From IMG/VR virus record IMGVR_UViG_2846068587_000001: a DNA stretch of 64,000 nucleotides; one strand, given 5' to 3'. Made by a program: the position numbers and the translations under genes. Under the pieces are notes generated by a model. It saw only the letters and a program-made list of their open reading frames with translations, ran no database searches and had not been told where the DNA came from. This document shows positions 21,521-31,896 of this stretch, piece by piece (position 1 is the stretch's first letter; each line of letters opens with the position of its first letter). This DNA comes from an uncultured virus (IMG/VR IMGVR_UViG_2846068587_000001) (lineage: Duplodnaviria; Heunggongvirae; Uroviricota; Caudoviricetes).

Positions 21521-22651
21521 ATGAGTAGTATCAATGAGAAAATAAAAGAATTTAATGGAATTATTACCTACTTTAATGAGAATGTTAGTATTGTACAGAG
21601 TAGTGAGGCCACTTGTTTATGTGTTGATAAGACATTAGGTCTGTTATCTGAGTTGAGAGATGGATTAGTCCTGGAATATACAAATCACACACTTCCGCCT
21701 CTCAGTCAGAAGGAAAGTAATCTTTTAAAATCACTTTATGAAAAGATAAGCATTGCAGAGGAAAAAATAGCAAGCCATAAAGATGATGGGATTTTTGGGT
21801 TTATTCCTAACAGCGAGTTAAGGAAAGCTATTGTTGATGGTATATTGAGGCTAAAGAACTATAACCCAAGAATAGGCGTTATGGGGAAGACTGGTTCAGG
21901 AAAATCGTCATTATGTAATGCAATATTTGGTTCTAAGGCGTGTCCAACAAGTGATGTAGAGGCTTGCACTCGTAATATAAAAGAGTTAAAAATCACACAT
22001 GGTAAAAATACCCTAACACTTGTTGACTTGCCTGGTGTGGGGGAAAGTTATGATAGAGATAAAGAGTATTTCAAGCTATATGCTGAAGAAATACCTAAAT
22101 TAGATTTAATTCTATGGGTTATCAAAGCAGATGATCGCGCATTATCGCCAGATGAATCTTTCTATCAAAATGTGATAAAACAAATGAAGTGCGAAGAGAT
22201 CGTGATGTTTGTTATTAACCAGGCAGATAAGATAGAGCCGACAGTCCCTGGCTGGAATATAAAAAGTAACACTCCATCAAAAGAGCAATTTATCTCTTTA
22301 AATAAAAAGATCGATGATATTAGAAGTAGATTGTTTATTCCTAAGTTTGATATAGTGTCAGTATGTTGCAATGCAAGAAAATATAATATAGATATGCTTG
22401 TTAATGCTATGATTAGAAACCTCCCAAACGATAAAAGAAGTTCTATCTTTCGTTTTGTAGAGAAAGACAATAGGACGGAACAATCGGAAAATGATTCGAA
22501 AAACGGATTTGTTGAAGTTGTAGAAGATATTTTTGATGTTGCCATTGACATTATTCCAATGCCAGCGCCTGTAAAGACAATAGTAAAGAAACTAAAAACG
22601 AAAATTATTGATGGCGCCAGAGGGTTGTGGGATCGTATGTTTAATAGATAG
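21521..22651 (+). CDS. YeeP/YfjP-like GTPase with N-terminal helical extension
   Basis: GKTGSGKSS (G1), ACTR (G2), DLPG (G3), NQADK (G4), KADDRAL. Confidence 0.85.
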   Translation: MSSINEKIKEFNGIITYFNENVSIVQSSEATCLCVDKTLGLLSELRDGLVLEYTNHTLPPLSQKESNLLKSLYEKISIAEEKIASHKDDGIFGFIPNSELRKAIVDGILRLKNYNPRIGVMGKTGSGKSSLCNAIFGSKACPTSDVEACTRNIKELKITHGKNTLTLVDLPGVGESYDRDKEYFKLYAEEIPKLDLILWVIKADDRALSPDESFYQNVIKQMKCEEIVMFVINQADKIEPTVPGWNIKSNTPSKEQFISLNKKIDDIRSRLFIPKFDIVSVCCNARKYNIDMLVNAMIRNLPNDKRSSIFRFVEKDNRTEQSENDSKNGFVEVVEDIFDVAIDIIPMPAPVKTIVKKLKTKIIDGARGLWDRMFNR

Positions 22652-22658
22652 TAATTAT

Positions 22659-22680
22659 GGCGTCCTTCTAGTAGGGCGCC
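22659..22680. terminator. Hairpin between the convergent GTPase and cI genes
   Basis: GGCGTCCT-TCTAGT-AGGGCGCC. Confidence 0.55.
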
Positions 22681-22703
22681 ATAAGAGTAATTTTATATTT
22701 ATT

Positions 22704-23414
22704 TTATAACAAAGTAACACACCAAAATGCCCGCCCTAAGATCTCAACACTATCCAAATCAGCGGTTTCGTCTGCAAATTTTGCGCTGTTGTAGCTGCGA
22801 ATACTGAGGCTATTGGGCCCAGTTCGGTAGAGCACCTTGAGGCGCTTCCAGCCATTCTGATTGATGGCATATACCTTACCGTCGATGATTTTTGTATCGA
22901 GTAGGTTGATGGCAACAGTCGAACCAACAGGAATGGCTGGTTCCATGCTGCCGCCATCCATGAGCGGGAAGCACAGTACACTGTCTTGCTGAGCACCGGC
23001 ACGTAGTAGGGTAGACTTAGCGAGGCGGACCTGTAGCCCATCGTTGTCAGCTGTGCTGTAGATCCCGTTTGCGCTAACAAGTTCGATATCTTTCAAAAAA
23101 GGGACTTCGGTTTCTTCAGCGCCTACCAAGAGAGCACAACTTAACTCAGCTTCACTCTGCTGCTCATGGCTATAAGATGATGAACCTGAGTAATTATTTA
23201 CACACTTCATATCACCACGGCCATTGGCTAACCACTCTACATTGATCTCGAGTGCGTTAGCTATCTCAATGATTTTTGTCGATGATCTTGCTTTTCCTGA
23301 GGTCAGTTTCTGGACGCCAGCTTGTGTCATACCCGCCCGTTCTGCAAGCGATGCCTGGGTGTAACCGGCCTCGCGCATTGCGAGTTTTAATCTTTCTGAA
23401 AGAGTCGTTTTCAT
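22704..23414 (-). CDS. cI: CI repressor (HTH plus S24 autopeptidase)
   Basis: TQASLAERAGMTQAGVQKL HTH; GGSMEP and KRL catalytic motifs. Confidence 0.95.
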   Translation of the reverse strand: MKTTLSERLKLAMREAGYTQASLAERAGMTQAGVQKLTSGKARSSTKIIEIANALEINVEWLANGRGDMKCVNNYSGSSSYSHEQQSEAELSCALLVGAEETEVPFLKDIELVSANGIYSTADNDGLQVRLAKSTLLRAGAQQDSVLCFPLMDGGSMEPAIPVGSTVAINLLDTKIIDGKVYAINQNGWKRLKVLYRTGPNSLSIRSYNSAKFADETADLDSVEILGRAFWCVTLL

Positions 23415-23420
23415 AGTTAA

Positions 23421-23492
23421 AAAATACAACTTGAGTAGTCAGCAAGTCAAACAACAGAAGTGTTTGCCATTAAATAACTTTAGTTTTATTAT
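23421..23492. promoter_or_regulatory. oR with pRM/pR: three 14-bp operators; leaderless cI transcript likely
   Basis: ACAAC-TTGA-GTAGT (23426), ACAAC-AGAA-GTGTT (23451), ATAAC-TTTA-GTTTT (23474). pR is TTGCCA-N17-TATTAT. pRM is TTGACT-N18-TATTTT, ending 7 nt before the cI ATG. Confidence 0.75.
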
Positions 23493-23521
23493 AGTGTGTG
23501 TTTTACAGCGTGGGTGTTTTT

Positions 23522-23776
23522 ATGAATCCGATTATTAAAACCGCTATCAAGGCTGTTGGCACGCAGAAAAAGCTTGGCGCAGCATGCGGAGTGAGTCAAT
23601 CCGCTGTGCAGAAGTGGCTGTATAACAAGTCGAAAGTGGCGCCAGAAAATGTCATGCCATTGGTAGAGGCAACAAAAGGCGCTGTTCAGACACACGAAAT
23701 CCGGCCGGACTTGCCGAATCTGTTTCCGCCTCCGGCTGATACTAAACAACCTGAATGTTTGAAACGTACAACATAG
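23522..23776 (+). CDS. cro: Cro/YdaS-like repressor
   Basis: VGTQKKLGAACGVSQSAVQKW...EIRPDL. Confidence 0.9.
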   Translation: MNPIIKTAIKAVGTQKKLGAACGVSQSAVQKWLYNKSKVAPENVMPLVEATKGAVQTHEIRPDLPNLFPPPADTKQPECLKRTT

Positions 23777-23844
23777 CTCCATCATATCCCTATCCTCGTT
23801 GGACGCTGTGGGGATAGTCCTTTAACCCGATTAAGGACTGACCT

Positions 23845-24201
23845 ATGACCATACACCATCCCTCCCTTTCCCCGGCAGGGGCCCAGTTGGACATCTTGCG
23901 CCAGCAGCTACTGGCTCGTAAGCGCGTGGGTAAACCCGGCCTGCCGCTGCACCTGTTACGCGATGATCAGATCAAGACCCGCTGGACGGAGTCTGAGCTG
24001 GCGACCATTCGGGCGGCGTCCTCCGCCATGTCTTCCAATCCGGCTGTTGAAACCAATATCGCGGCGATCCGTGGCTTTCTGGCGATGTTCGCCGAGGCGC
24101 CGGAGATGCTGATCCATGTGCATCTGGCGTTGCAGGCCGCCGACGTTTCAGCCCCCGACTGGTTGCCGCCGCTGCCGACATCGGGCAGAGCGCCATCATG
24201 A
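23845..24201 (+). CDS. Hypothetical protein in the CII position
   Basis: AAGGA RBS, first gene after cro. Confidence 0.6.
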   Translation: MTIHHPSLSPAGAQLDILRQQLLARKRVGKPGLPLHLLRDDQIKTRWTESELATIRAASSAMSSNPAVETNIAAIRGFLAMFAEAPEMLIHVHLALQAADVSAPDWLPPLPTSGRAPS

Positions 24202-24431
24202 AACGGCAGCAGAAACTGAACACCACACAATCCGTGGCGCTGATTGCCGGGATCGTCGGTGAGAAGTTGGATTTGGCCGGGGAGGAGACCCGGCGTTTAG
24301 CCATCACAGGGGCTTTGCCCGGTGTGGCGCGGGCGTTTTATTCGCGCGAATCGGGCGGTGTAGCCTCCGGCACAGGAGAGCAGGTATGGCACACAGCACA
24401 GCAGGACGAGCACAGCCTTTCATCACGTTAG
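24198..24431 (+). CDS. Hypothetical protein
   Basis: ATGA overlap with the upstream gene. Confidence 0.55.
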   Translation: MKRQQKLNTTQSVALIAGIVGEKLDLAGEETRRLAITGALPGVARAFYSRESGGVASGTGEQVWHTAQQDEHSLSSR

Positions 24432-24462
24432 GCGTGCGCCAGACGGCGCCGGGAGGTGTCCG

Positions 24463-24714
24463 ATGAGCTGGTCGCAATTCATTCACGACAACATTCGGCG
24501 CCAGCTGGTGGGCGAGGGCTTCGACGAGGCATTGGCGCGCAAGGGGGCGGAGGCGGGCGTCGCACACTATGCTGTGCAGTCCACCCAGGCGTCCCGCCCT
24601 GGAACGCTATTTGATGACTGCCTGCGGGTGGCGCGCAGTTGGGCGCAGAGTAACCGCACGGCTCACGAGCGCAGTCAGCAGCGCCTCGCCCGCTCGGCGA
24701 ACGCACGGCGCTAA
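24463..24714 (+). CDS. Phage hypothetical protein
   Basis: GGAGG RBS; 83 aa. Confidence 0.65.
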   Translation: MSWSQFIHDNIRRQLVGEGFDEALARKGAEAGVAHYAVQSTQASRPGTLFDDCLRVARSWAQSNRTAHERSQQRLARSANARR

Positions 24715-24724
24715 GGAGGGAGGG

Positions 24725-24913
24725 ATGAGTCTATCGTGCGCACTCTCTCACACGCTTCACCATGATCTGGCGGGAGCCTCCCGCCGGCTCCAGGCAGTGT
24801 TTATCCAGCAAGCCAAACGAGGTTTTAGTGAATGCCGCCATGTCGCGGCATCGGTTGACTGTGCCCGTCGTCTGGCGATGCGAATTTCCACAGTGACGAA
24901 AAACGGTTGGTGA
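24725..24913 (+). CDS. Phage hypothetical protein
   Basis: GGAGG RBS; abuts the replication gene. Confidence 0.45.
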   Translation: MSLSCALSHTLHHDLAGASRRLQAVFIQQAKRGFSECRHVAASVDCARRLAMRISTVTKNGW

Positions 24914-24916
24914 CTT

Positions 24917-25855
24917 ATGAGCATGATGCTGATGGCGATGGCCATGAAAATTAAGACAGGGAATCCACTGCGCAAATTGGTGCTGCTGAAGCTGGCCGAC
25001 AACGCCAACGATCAGGGCGAATGTTGGCCGTCGATCCCTTACCTGGCAGCAACCTGTGAAATGTCCGAGCGTTCGGTGCAGAACCATATCAAATGGCTAC
25101 ATGAGCAGGGCTTTTTGTGGGTGGAGCCGCGCAAGAGCAAAAATGGCGGTCACCAGTCGAATATTTACCATTTGACGCTGGAACGGCGGCTGCGTTCTCC
25201 GCTGGAGGAGGATGAAAAGGGCGATCTGCCTCCGGAGGAAAATCAGGAAAAAAATGGCGCTGAGCAGGGGACGGGATCAGCCGGTGCAAATGGTGCGTCT
25301 TTGTCTGAGGTGCCAGCGCAACAAATACGCCAGGGGTTGTCGTTTGATTCACTAGGGGTAGCGCAACCATTGCACCCAGAACCTATCATTAAGAACCTAT
25401 CATTAGAACCTATACCCCCCTTACCCCCCAACAACAGCGAATTCGTTGAGCCCGACAAGGACAAAACCGATCGGGGAAAACCGGATTGGACAGAGCCCGA
25501 TCGACACCATCGCGAGCTCGATAATCCTGAAGCCGATCACCCAGAACGGGAAAATCTCACTCGACGATCGGCTGAACGTATGGACTATGGCGCTTATCTG
25601 GCCGCTTACAACGAGCTGGTGGGAGACAGGCTACCCCATGCGGTGACCGTCAACGAGGAGCGTAAGCGTAAACTGCGTTCGCTGGTGAAATCGTTGGCGA
25701 CGCCGAATCTGGAGGGCTTCAGGGCCTATGTCTCGGCGTTTCTCGATCATGCCAAGCCGTTTTACTTTGGCTTCGGCGATGCGGGCTGGATTGCCGATTT
25801 TGACTACCTGCTACGCCAAAAAACCTTGACCCGAGTACGGGAGGGCACGCTGTGA
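24917..25855 (+). CDS. Replication initiator (N-terminal wHTH, O-like)
   Basis: [20 protein letters not shown]...CEMSERSV; C-terminal W.ADFDYLL; precedes the helicase. Confidence 0.85.
   Translation: MSMMLMAMAMKIKTGNPLRKLVLLKLADNANDQGECWPSIPYLAATCEMSERSVQNHIKWLHEQGFLWVEPRKSKNGGHQSNIYHLTLERRLRSPLEEDEKGDLPPEENQEKNGAEQGTGSAGANGASLSEVPAQQIRQGLSFDSLGVAQPLHPEPIIKNLSLEPIPPLPPNNSEFVEPDKDKTDRGKPDWTEPDRHHRELDNPEADHPERENLTRRSAERMDYGAYLAAYNELVGDRLPHAVTVNEERKRKLRSLVKSLATPNLEGFRAYVSAFLDHAKPFYFGFGDAGWIADFDYLLRQKTLTRVREGTL
25378..25413 (+). repeat. Iteron-like direct repeats, candidate origin
   Basis: AGAACCTATCATTA x2 plus AGAACCTAT inside the initiator gene. Confidence 0.5.
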
Positions 25856-27234
25856 ACGCCAATCTCCAGTACCTGGAGTCCAGTGTGATCGGCGGCCTGC
25901 TGCTGGGTGGCCTGACACCGGCTGCGCAGGAGGTGTTGGCATCGCTGGAGCCTGCCGCGTTTTCCATCCCGCTGTACCGGACGGTGTATCGAGTTATTCA
26001 GCGCCAGGCCAGAGCCCGCAACCTGATCGACTCGCTGATGGTGGCCGAGGAGTGTGGGGATGAACACTTTGCCGACGTGATGAGCACGGCCAAACACTGC
26101 CCCAGCGCCGCCAATCTGGCGGGCTATGCGGAAATGGTCAGTCAGGAGTATCAGCGGCGGCAGTTCGCCATCACCCTGGATGAAATGCGTCGCGAAATTG
26201 GTGCCGCCAACATCGAGCAGGCGGGGAACGCCATGGACAGCCTGATGAATCGTCTGGCGCTGATCCGCCGTCCCAAGCTGGAGCCGATCCCGGTGGTGCT
26301 GGGCGATGTGATGGGGGATTACACCGACACGCTGGAAAAACGCCTGAATAACGGCCTGGAGTCCGACACCGTCAAGTTGGGCATTGCGCCGCTGGATACG
26401 GTGACCGGCGGGGTGAATCCGCAGGATTTGGTCATCATCGCTGGTCGGCCGGGGATGGGTAAAACATCGCTGGCCATTCGCATCGCCACGGAGGTGGCGG
26501 GGCGGATGTTTCCCGGCAGCGCACAGCGGCGGGGTGTGTTGATTTTTAGCCTGGAGATGAGCGCCCAGCAACTGGTTGAGCGGGGGATCGCCGCCGCCGG
26601 TGGGGTCTCTGTCTCGCTGCTGCGCAATCCGGCTCTGCTGGATGACGAGGGCTGGGGGCGGGTATCGCAAGGCGTTGCTGCGCTGGATGGGCTAGATATT
26701 TGGATCGTCGATAGTGCCCGTTTGAGCGTGGAGAAAATCCGTGCCATGGCCGAACGGCAAAAGCAGGCATGCCCGACGCTGTCGCTGATTGTGGTGGATT
26801 ATCTCGGGCTGATCGAAAAACCGCGTGCCGAACGCCACGATCTGGCCATCGCGCAGATCACCGGCAGCCTGAAGGGGATGGCGAAAGATTTGGGCACGCC
26901 GGTGATTACCCTCAGCCAGCTTTCCCGCGAGGTGGAAAAACGCCCCAACAAGCGCCCGGTCAGCGCCGATCTGCGTGACTCCGGCAGCATTGAGCAGGAT
27001 GCCGACCTGATCGTCATGCTGTACCGCGACGTGATTTATCACCCCGATACGCCCGCCCGGCACCATGCGGAGTTGATCGTCACCAAAAGCCGCTTTGGTC
27101 AGGCCGGGGCGGTGATTTACCAGCGCTTTATCAACGGCCATTTTGTGGAGTGCGACCAGGACGAGGCGCGGCGGCTGTGTACCCCGATGGAGCAACCGCC
27201 ACTGGCAACGCGTTATCGCGGCGCCAGGGTGTGA
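25852..27234 (+). CDS. DnaB-like replicative helicase
   Basis: [39 protein letters not shown]. Confidence 0.95.
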   Translation: MNANLQYLESSVIGGLLLGGLTPAAQEVLASLEPAAFSIPLYRTVYRVIQRQARARNLIDSLMVAEECGDEHFADVMSTAKHCPSAANLAGYAEMVSQEYQRRQFAITLDEMRREIGAANIEQAGNAMDSLMNRLALIRRPKLEPIPVVLGDVMGDYTDTLEKRLNNGLESDTVKLGIAPLDTVTGGVNPQDLVIIAGRPGMGKTSLAIRIATEVAGRMFPGSAQRRGVLIFSLEMSAQQLVERGIAAAGGVSVSLLRNPALLDDEGWGRVSQGVAALDGLDIWIVDSARLSVEKIRAMAERQKQACPTLSLIVVDYLGLIEKPRAERHDLAIAQITGSLKGMAKDLGTPVITLSQLSREVEKRPNKRPVSADLRDSGSIEQDADLIVMLYRDVIYHPDTPARHHAELIVTKSRFGQAGAVIYQRFINGHFVECDQDEARRLCTPMEQPPLATRYRGARV

Positions 27235-27263
27235 GCGCAGAATTGAGACAGGGAGGAGAGACG

Positions 27264-27611
27264 ATGGACGTGAAACCGGATGTCAGTTTTCAAGAGCGCG
27301 CCAGCATCAACAACGGGCTGCGTACCTTGAATCGAGAAAAACGCTGGGATTGCGGTAGCACCCAGATGACGCGGGTGATCATCGCGGCGGCGGGTGCTGA
27401 CTGGCACACCCTGCGTGGCTTAGAGCGGCGCATGTTGCAGCTGTTTCCGCATGAGGGAGATACTCAGGCGGCCATCAGCGCCCGATTGCGGCAGATCAGC
27501 GTGGCGCGTCATGGCTTGGTCAAGCAGGTGCGCAAGGTGCGTAATCCTGGCAGTGGCAAAACGGTCTGGTTTTACCGCTTGGTGCCCGCCAGCCGCGATA
27601 GGGGTGTGTGA
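27264..27611 (+). CDS. Phage hypothetical protein (wHTH-like)
   Basis: GGAGG RBS; DTQAAISARLR...WFYRL. Confidence 0.6.
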   Translation: MDVKPDVSFQERASINNGLRTLNREKRWDCGSTQMTRVIIAAAGADWHTLRGLERRMLQLFPHEGDTQAAISARLRQISVARHGLVKQVRKVRNPGSGKTVWFYRLVPASRDRGV

Positions 27612-27720
27612 TGGCGAAAATTTCGCCTGTGCGCGTCGCTGAGGCGTTTTTAGCCTATCAGCCATACCAACCCACGGCATTGATGGCGACGCCGCGCCTG
27701 AGCCGTTCTGAGGCGATTTT

Positions 27721-28365
27721 ATGAGCAGTGCGCAGGGCAAGTCGCCGCGCCGCCATAAAGCCGAGGCGCTGGGCGTGCTGCTGCCGGGCGGTGGGATCTG
27801 CTATGCCACCGATCACGATCGTGACGTGATGCGGGCGGTGCCAGTCGGTACGCCGATTGCGTTGCAGCCGGTAGGCGACCGGCGCAACCTGAAGCACCAT
27901 CGTAAATTCTTTAAGCTGCTGGAGTTGGGGATGCAGTACTGGATCCCCCGTTGGGATTTTGTCAGCCGCTCGGAAAACTGGGTCGCCCATACGGTGGCGC
28001 GGCGCATTGCGGAGGCGGCTGCCGATCCGTCGCTGTATGACAACGTGACGCGGCAGATTGCGCAGGGGGTGCTGACGTGCCTGGCAGAGAAACGGCGTGG
28101 GCTGTTCGATGCCGAGGCGATCAAAACCGACGAGGCCTACCTGAACCACGTGATGACCCAGGCCGGGTTCTGTGATGTGAAGCCGGCGCCGGACGGTGGC
28201 ACCTTTCGTCAGCGTTGGAGCATTGCCTTTGCCAATATGGATCAGGCGACCTTTGACCGTATCTATCGTGGGGTGGCCGGGGTGATTTGGAATGAGACCC
28301 TGAGCCAGCATTTTGCCAGCGAGGCAGAAATGGCGCTGGCGGTGGATCAACTGATGGCGTTTTGA
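27721..28365 (+). CDS. DUF1367-like nin-region protein
   Basis: RRNLKHHRKFFKLL...SIAFANMDQATF..IY. Confidence 0.7.
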   Translation: MSSAQGKSPRRHKAEALGVLLPGGGICYATDHDRDVMRAVPVGTPIALQPVGDRRNLKHHRKFFKLLELGMQYWIPRWDFVSRSENWVAHTVARRIAEAAADPSLYDNVTRQIAQGVLTCLAEKRRGLFDAEAIKTDEAYLNHVMTQAGFCDVKPAPDGGTFRQRWSIAFANMDQATFDRIYRGVAGVIWNETLSQHFASEAEMALAVDQLMAF

Positions 28366-28367
28366 CG

Positions 28368-28673
28368 ATGAAAAAATCAGGCGCGTTTCGTAGCCGGGCG
28401 TGGCGGGAGTCGGCCCGGGGGCAGGGGTGTACCCTGCAAATTCCTGGGATTTGCAACGGTGATCCGCAGACGGTGGTACTGTGCCATCTAGCCAGCCCGA
28501 TGCATGGCATGGGGTACAAGTCGGATGACTTCTGGGCGGTGTATGGCTGTTCGGCCTGCCACGATGTATTGGATGGCCGGGCACCCTATGACTGGCGGCC
28601 CGGTGAGCGGGAGGAGGTGATGCTGGCGGCGCTGTATTGGACGCTGAGGGGGAGGTTTGAAAGGATATTTTAA
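28368..28673 (+). CDS. DUF1364/YbcO-like Zn-finger nuclease-fold protein
   Basis: ARGQGCTLQIPGICN..PQTVVLCH...GMGYKSDD...CSACHD. Confidence 0.8.
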   Translation: MKKSGAFRSRAWRESARGQGCTLQIPGICNGDPQTVVLCHLASPMHGMGYKSDDFWAVYGCSACHDVLDGRAPYDWRPGEREEVMLAALYWTLRGRFERIF

Positions 28674-28808
28674 AAAGGTGATTAACTTGTTTGTTTGATT
28701 GGGAAAATTAGCCAGTAAAAAATAGATGCGTTGTGTGAAAAACAGTGATACATACTCAGAGTATTCAAGTGAAACGACGCCAAGGGAAATACATAAAATG
28801 ATGCCATA

Positions 28809-29063
28809 ATGATTGAGGTCGATATGGATACTATGGATGTGAAAGAGAGTTTATATAGATATAGTGTAATAAGAAACATTATATTTTGCATGTCATTTGT
28901 TATTTCTGTGATAATTATATCGCTGTCTTATATCTACACTCCAATTATTCGTGCAGATGCCTATTCTGATAGGTGCCGTTATTTGGTGGATGGTAATAGA
29001 GTAAATGCTGGAAGTTGTCAATATCTACAGCTGACCCTCAAAAATGCCGCATCAGGAAAATAA
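28809..29063 (+). CDS. Single-TM moron protein (paralog of 31897-32127)
   Basis: SLSYIY.PI.RAD.YS.RC...DG.RV.A.SC.YL shared. Confidence 0.65.
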   Translation: MIEVDMDTMDVKESLYRYSVIRNIIFCMSFVISVIIISLSYIYTPIIRADAYSDRCRYLVDGNRVNAGSCQYLQLTLKNAASGK

Positions 29064-29086
29064 CATATAAAACAATAGGTAGCGTT

Positions 29087-29743
29087 ATGGATATAGTAAT
29101 CCTTGTCGCCATCATATTTGTATTGATTGTTTACATCACCAGAGATAAAACAACCGTATCTGATAAGACGGTAATAACGCAAAATAAAACAATAAAAACT
29201 AATGATGGGTTTGTTCAAGTAAATAGAACAAGAACTATCAATAGTACCTCTACCCAGTACCACAATATCGAGGGGAGTCGTGATAAAACAACCCTTATCT
29301 CAGCTAACCATGATCGCTATTTGCAGGAGATGAGGCAGCGTCAAGCTCTCTCAGAAGAGAGGCTTATCCCAGTGAAGGCTCCCCATTCGATGAGTTCCTC
29401 CCAAGGCTACATTTCTCCTCATCCAGCCCTCAGTGCGTACCCTCAAGCTGTTCACCACCACTCCGTTAATATTATTGAGCATGAACCGATGATGACAGAG
29501 AATGCAAAAATTTGTCCCCGCTGTGGCCGTACTCTCCAACTGAGCAAATTTAGGCGTTCTAGCAAGCATCCTGACGGCTATACCACATGGTGTGCCGAGT
29601 GCCTTGCTGCGCCACGTAATACCAAGCATATGAAGTATTGCCCTAAGTGTAAGCGTCGCCGTAGGAAAACCAGTTTTTACAAAAACAGTAAGCGGAAAGA
29701 TGGTCTGACGTTGTGGTGTAAGGATTGTATGAATCAATCCTGA
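29087..29743 (+). CDS. Membrane-anchored protein with two C-terminal Cys4 Zn-finger repeats
   Basis: N-terminal TM; CPRC..F..SKHPDG..WCAEC and CPKC..F..SKRKDG..WCKDC. Confidence 0.7.
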   Translation: MDIVILVAIIFVLIVYITRDKTTVSDKTVITQNKTIKTNDGFVQVNRTRTINSTSTQYHNIEGSRDKTTLISANHDRYLQEMRQRQALSEERLIPVKAPHSMSSSQGYISPHPALSAYPQAVHHHSVNIIEHEPMMTENAKICPRCGRTLQLSKFRRSSKHPDGYTTWCAECLAAPRNTKHMKYCPKCKRRRRKTSFYKNSKRKDGLTLWCKDCMNQS

Positions 29744-29745
29744 AA

Positions 29746-30258
29746 TTAGCCGTGCTGCGCGTTATTTTCACGCACGATAGCCAAAATCGCGCCGCTGATC
29801 TTTGCCAGTGATTTAAAGCTGGGGTTCGTTGATGGCGATAGCGTTTTGTATGCACTGCTGCGGCTGGCAATCCCGGCCCTCTTGATGACGTCCGCGTGGC
29901 CTAGCTGCTCCGCGTATCCCCTTAACGCGGCCTGCAAAATATCCGGGCGCCCCTCGCTCATGGATTCCCAGGTGGCCTGGCGGAGGATCGCTTCTACATT
30001 TTCTGGCGTGAGTGAGCGTGAGGATGCCGATACCACTGCGCCTTTGCTCATGCGCCTAACCGTATCGGCAGAAAGCTCGGCATCTCCCCAGTTCAACACG
30101 CCGCTGGCTGTCAGGGAAAAGCGGTTAAAGTCGGCGATCGCAGAGAAGGGCGGTTTGCTGAACAGCGCGGCTAAATCAGCCCTACCACGGAAGCCGTCGC
30201 TAAATTCGACCTCGATAACATGGTCGCCGACCACATCCACATCAATAATTTTCAACAT
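29746..30258 (-). CDS. DUF2442 plus HTH antitoxin
   Basis: IEVEFSDG...ADL...LNWG.AELSAD; C-terminal AGIASRSSAYKTLS...NPSF HTH. Confidence 0.75.
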   Translation of the reverse strand: MLKIIDVDVVGDHVIEVEFSDGFRGRADLAALFSKPPFSAIADFNRFSLTASGVLNWGDAELSADTVRRMSKGAVVSASSRSLTPENVEAILRQATWESMSEGRPDILQAALRGYAEQLGHADVIKRAGIASRSSAYKTLSPSTNPSFKSLAKISGAILAIVRENNAQHG

Positions 30259-30267
30259 AGCTGCCTC

Positions 30268-30525
30268 TTACAGTTTCCCAGGATGCATCCCATTAACCGC
30301 CATTTGCCACATAGCCAGTAGCCTGGTTTTATTGGCCTTGATATGTGACTCGGCCAGTTTCCTCTTTTTAGGGGGAAGGTAACCCTCCAAGGCCTCTCCT
30401 GAGTCGATCCCGATAACCAGCTCAAATTCGCCGTATTTCACATGGACATGCGGCAAACTGTGAGTTTGATTGTCGAAGAAATACATCACAAAGCTTAGCC
30501 CCATCAGGGCATCAATCTATGGCAT
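30268..30525 (-). pseudogene. DUF4160-family toxin with an amber stop at codon 3 (internal ATG at 30504)
   Basis: ATG CCA TAG ATT GAT GCC CTG ATG; H.LPHVHVKYG motif. Confidence 0.7.
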
Positions 30526-30776
30526 AACACATGTCCATATCAGTTATGTTATCAGTATAGACCTGTCTCCTATAGGAGACAACTGGTGTCTCGATAATCC
30601 CTTAATGCCCAGTGATAGCGTATTGCATTCCTATGATTTGTAAGTAAAGTATCATAAATCGGAATTAGTTTTACCCGCGATGTCGGGGGTATAGTCCGCT
30701 CAGGTGCTGAAAACACCTTACGAACGGCCTCCGCACCCGTCAGACATGCGGTTTTTTTGTGGTCATATTTCGGATA

Positions 30777-30855
30777 TGGCCGAGTGTGGGTGAATACAAC
30801 ACCAGCGATGGGAATAAGCCCGCTTGCCTTCGTACAAGTTTTCAGCACTCGGCCA
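30777..30855 (+). ncRNA. C4/CI-like antisense RNA upstream of rha (allele 2)
   Basis: Same closing stem, 79 nt. Boxes 30829-30834 and 30838-30848 are complementary to 30704-30724 and 30877-30893. Confidence 0.7.
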
Positions 30856-30894
30856 CCCGAGCCGTTCGGGTATCCTCTGAAAAGGGATACGAAT

Positions 30895-31665
30895 ATGACT
30901 ATTCAATTAGCTTTATCCTCACCAAAAGTATCAATTCACGACGGCAGAGCCGTTACCACCTCTCAGGCTGTAGCCGAGTTCTTTGGCAAGCAACACAAGA
31001 ACGTCATCCAGAAGATTGAAACGCTGGATTGCTCCCCGGAATTTGCGTCGGCTGAATTTTCAGCTCACGTGAAAAACATCCAGGCTGGCGCGGTAAACCG
31101 GGACTCCAAATACTACGAGATGACCAAAGACGGCTTTGTCTTTCTGGTCATGGGCTTCACCGGTAAGAAGGCCGCCGCGTTCAAAGAAGCCTACATCGCC
31201 GCCTTTAACCGCATGGAGAGGCAACTACTCACCCGCCAGCAGGGCGTGTACTCAGCCCCTAAGCCACCGCCACTCTCCGACGGGGAGATAAAGAACCTGA
31301 AATGGCTGATCGACTCCATCGTCAACCAGTTCCGGTTCCGCGCCGCCTGGAATCAGGGCGTCTGGTACGCGCTGCGTCAGGCCACCGGTGTGCCATCCCC
31401 ATATCCCTTTACCGTCGCCGATTTGCCCGCACTGGTAAGGGAGCTGCAACGCATCATGGAAATCGGCCATGAAACCCGCAGCCTGCTCCAGCAGCTTGAA
31501 AAGCAGGTGCTACAGCAGGTGGTGCGTAACCGTGGCGAACTCCGCCCGGTGTTGAACCATATTCAGCATGAGTTCCGTCAGCTGAGTCTGTTAGAGGAGA
31601 CTCGCTCCCGATTGAACAACGTCGAGCGGCAAAGCCTGGCCCGGCTAGAGCGGCGGGCTGGGTAG
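30895..31665 (+). CDS. Rha-family regulator/antirepressor
   Basis: TTSQAVAEFFGKQHKNVIQKIE...YEMTKDGFVFLVMGFTG. Confidence 0.9.
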   Translation: MTIQLALSSPKVSIHDGRAVTTSQAVAEFFGKQHKNVIQKIETLDCSPEFASAEFSAHVKNIQAGAVNRDSKYYEMTKDGFVFLVMGFTGKKAAAFKEAYIAAFNRMERQLLTRQQGVYSAPKPPPLSDGEIKNLKWLIDSIVNQFRFRAAWNQGVWYALRQATGVPSPYPFTVADLPALVRELQRIMEIGHETRSLLQQLEKQVLQQVVRNRGELRPVLNHIQHEFRQLSLLEETRSRLNNVERQSLARLERRAG

Positions 31666-31896
31666 CATGGGGCGCCCGGCGGGGAGGGGGCTGCCGGGCC
31701 CAATATGGGAGAGATGTGTAAATACCATCTAAAAATAACAGATTAAAAAAACGAGTAACATATTTATTTGATTGAAAAATCAGCCTATAAAAAATAGATG
31801 ATTTGTGCGGAAAACAGTGATACATACTCAGTGTTTTCAAGCGAAACGATATCTGGGAATATTCATAAAAATAATACAATAAGGATTGAAATCGAT

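Noticed and set aside
25804..28584. Long antisense ORFs (288 aa and 308 aa)
   Set aside because: Shadow frames of GC-rich dnaB and nin genes with no motifs or RBS
30757..30894. N-terminal extension of Rha in the ORF track
   Set aside because: It overlaps the structured antisense RNA; RBS and homology support ATG 30895, although a leader peptide cannot be excluded
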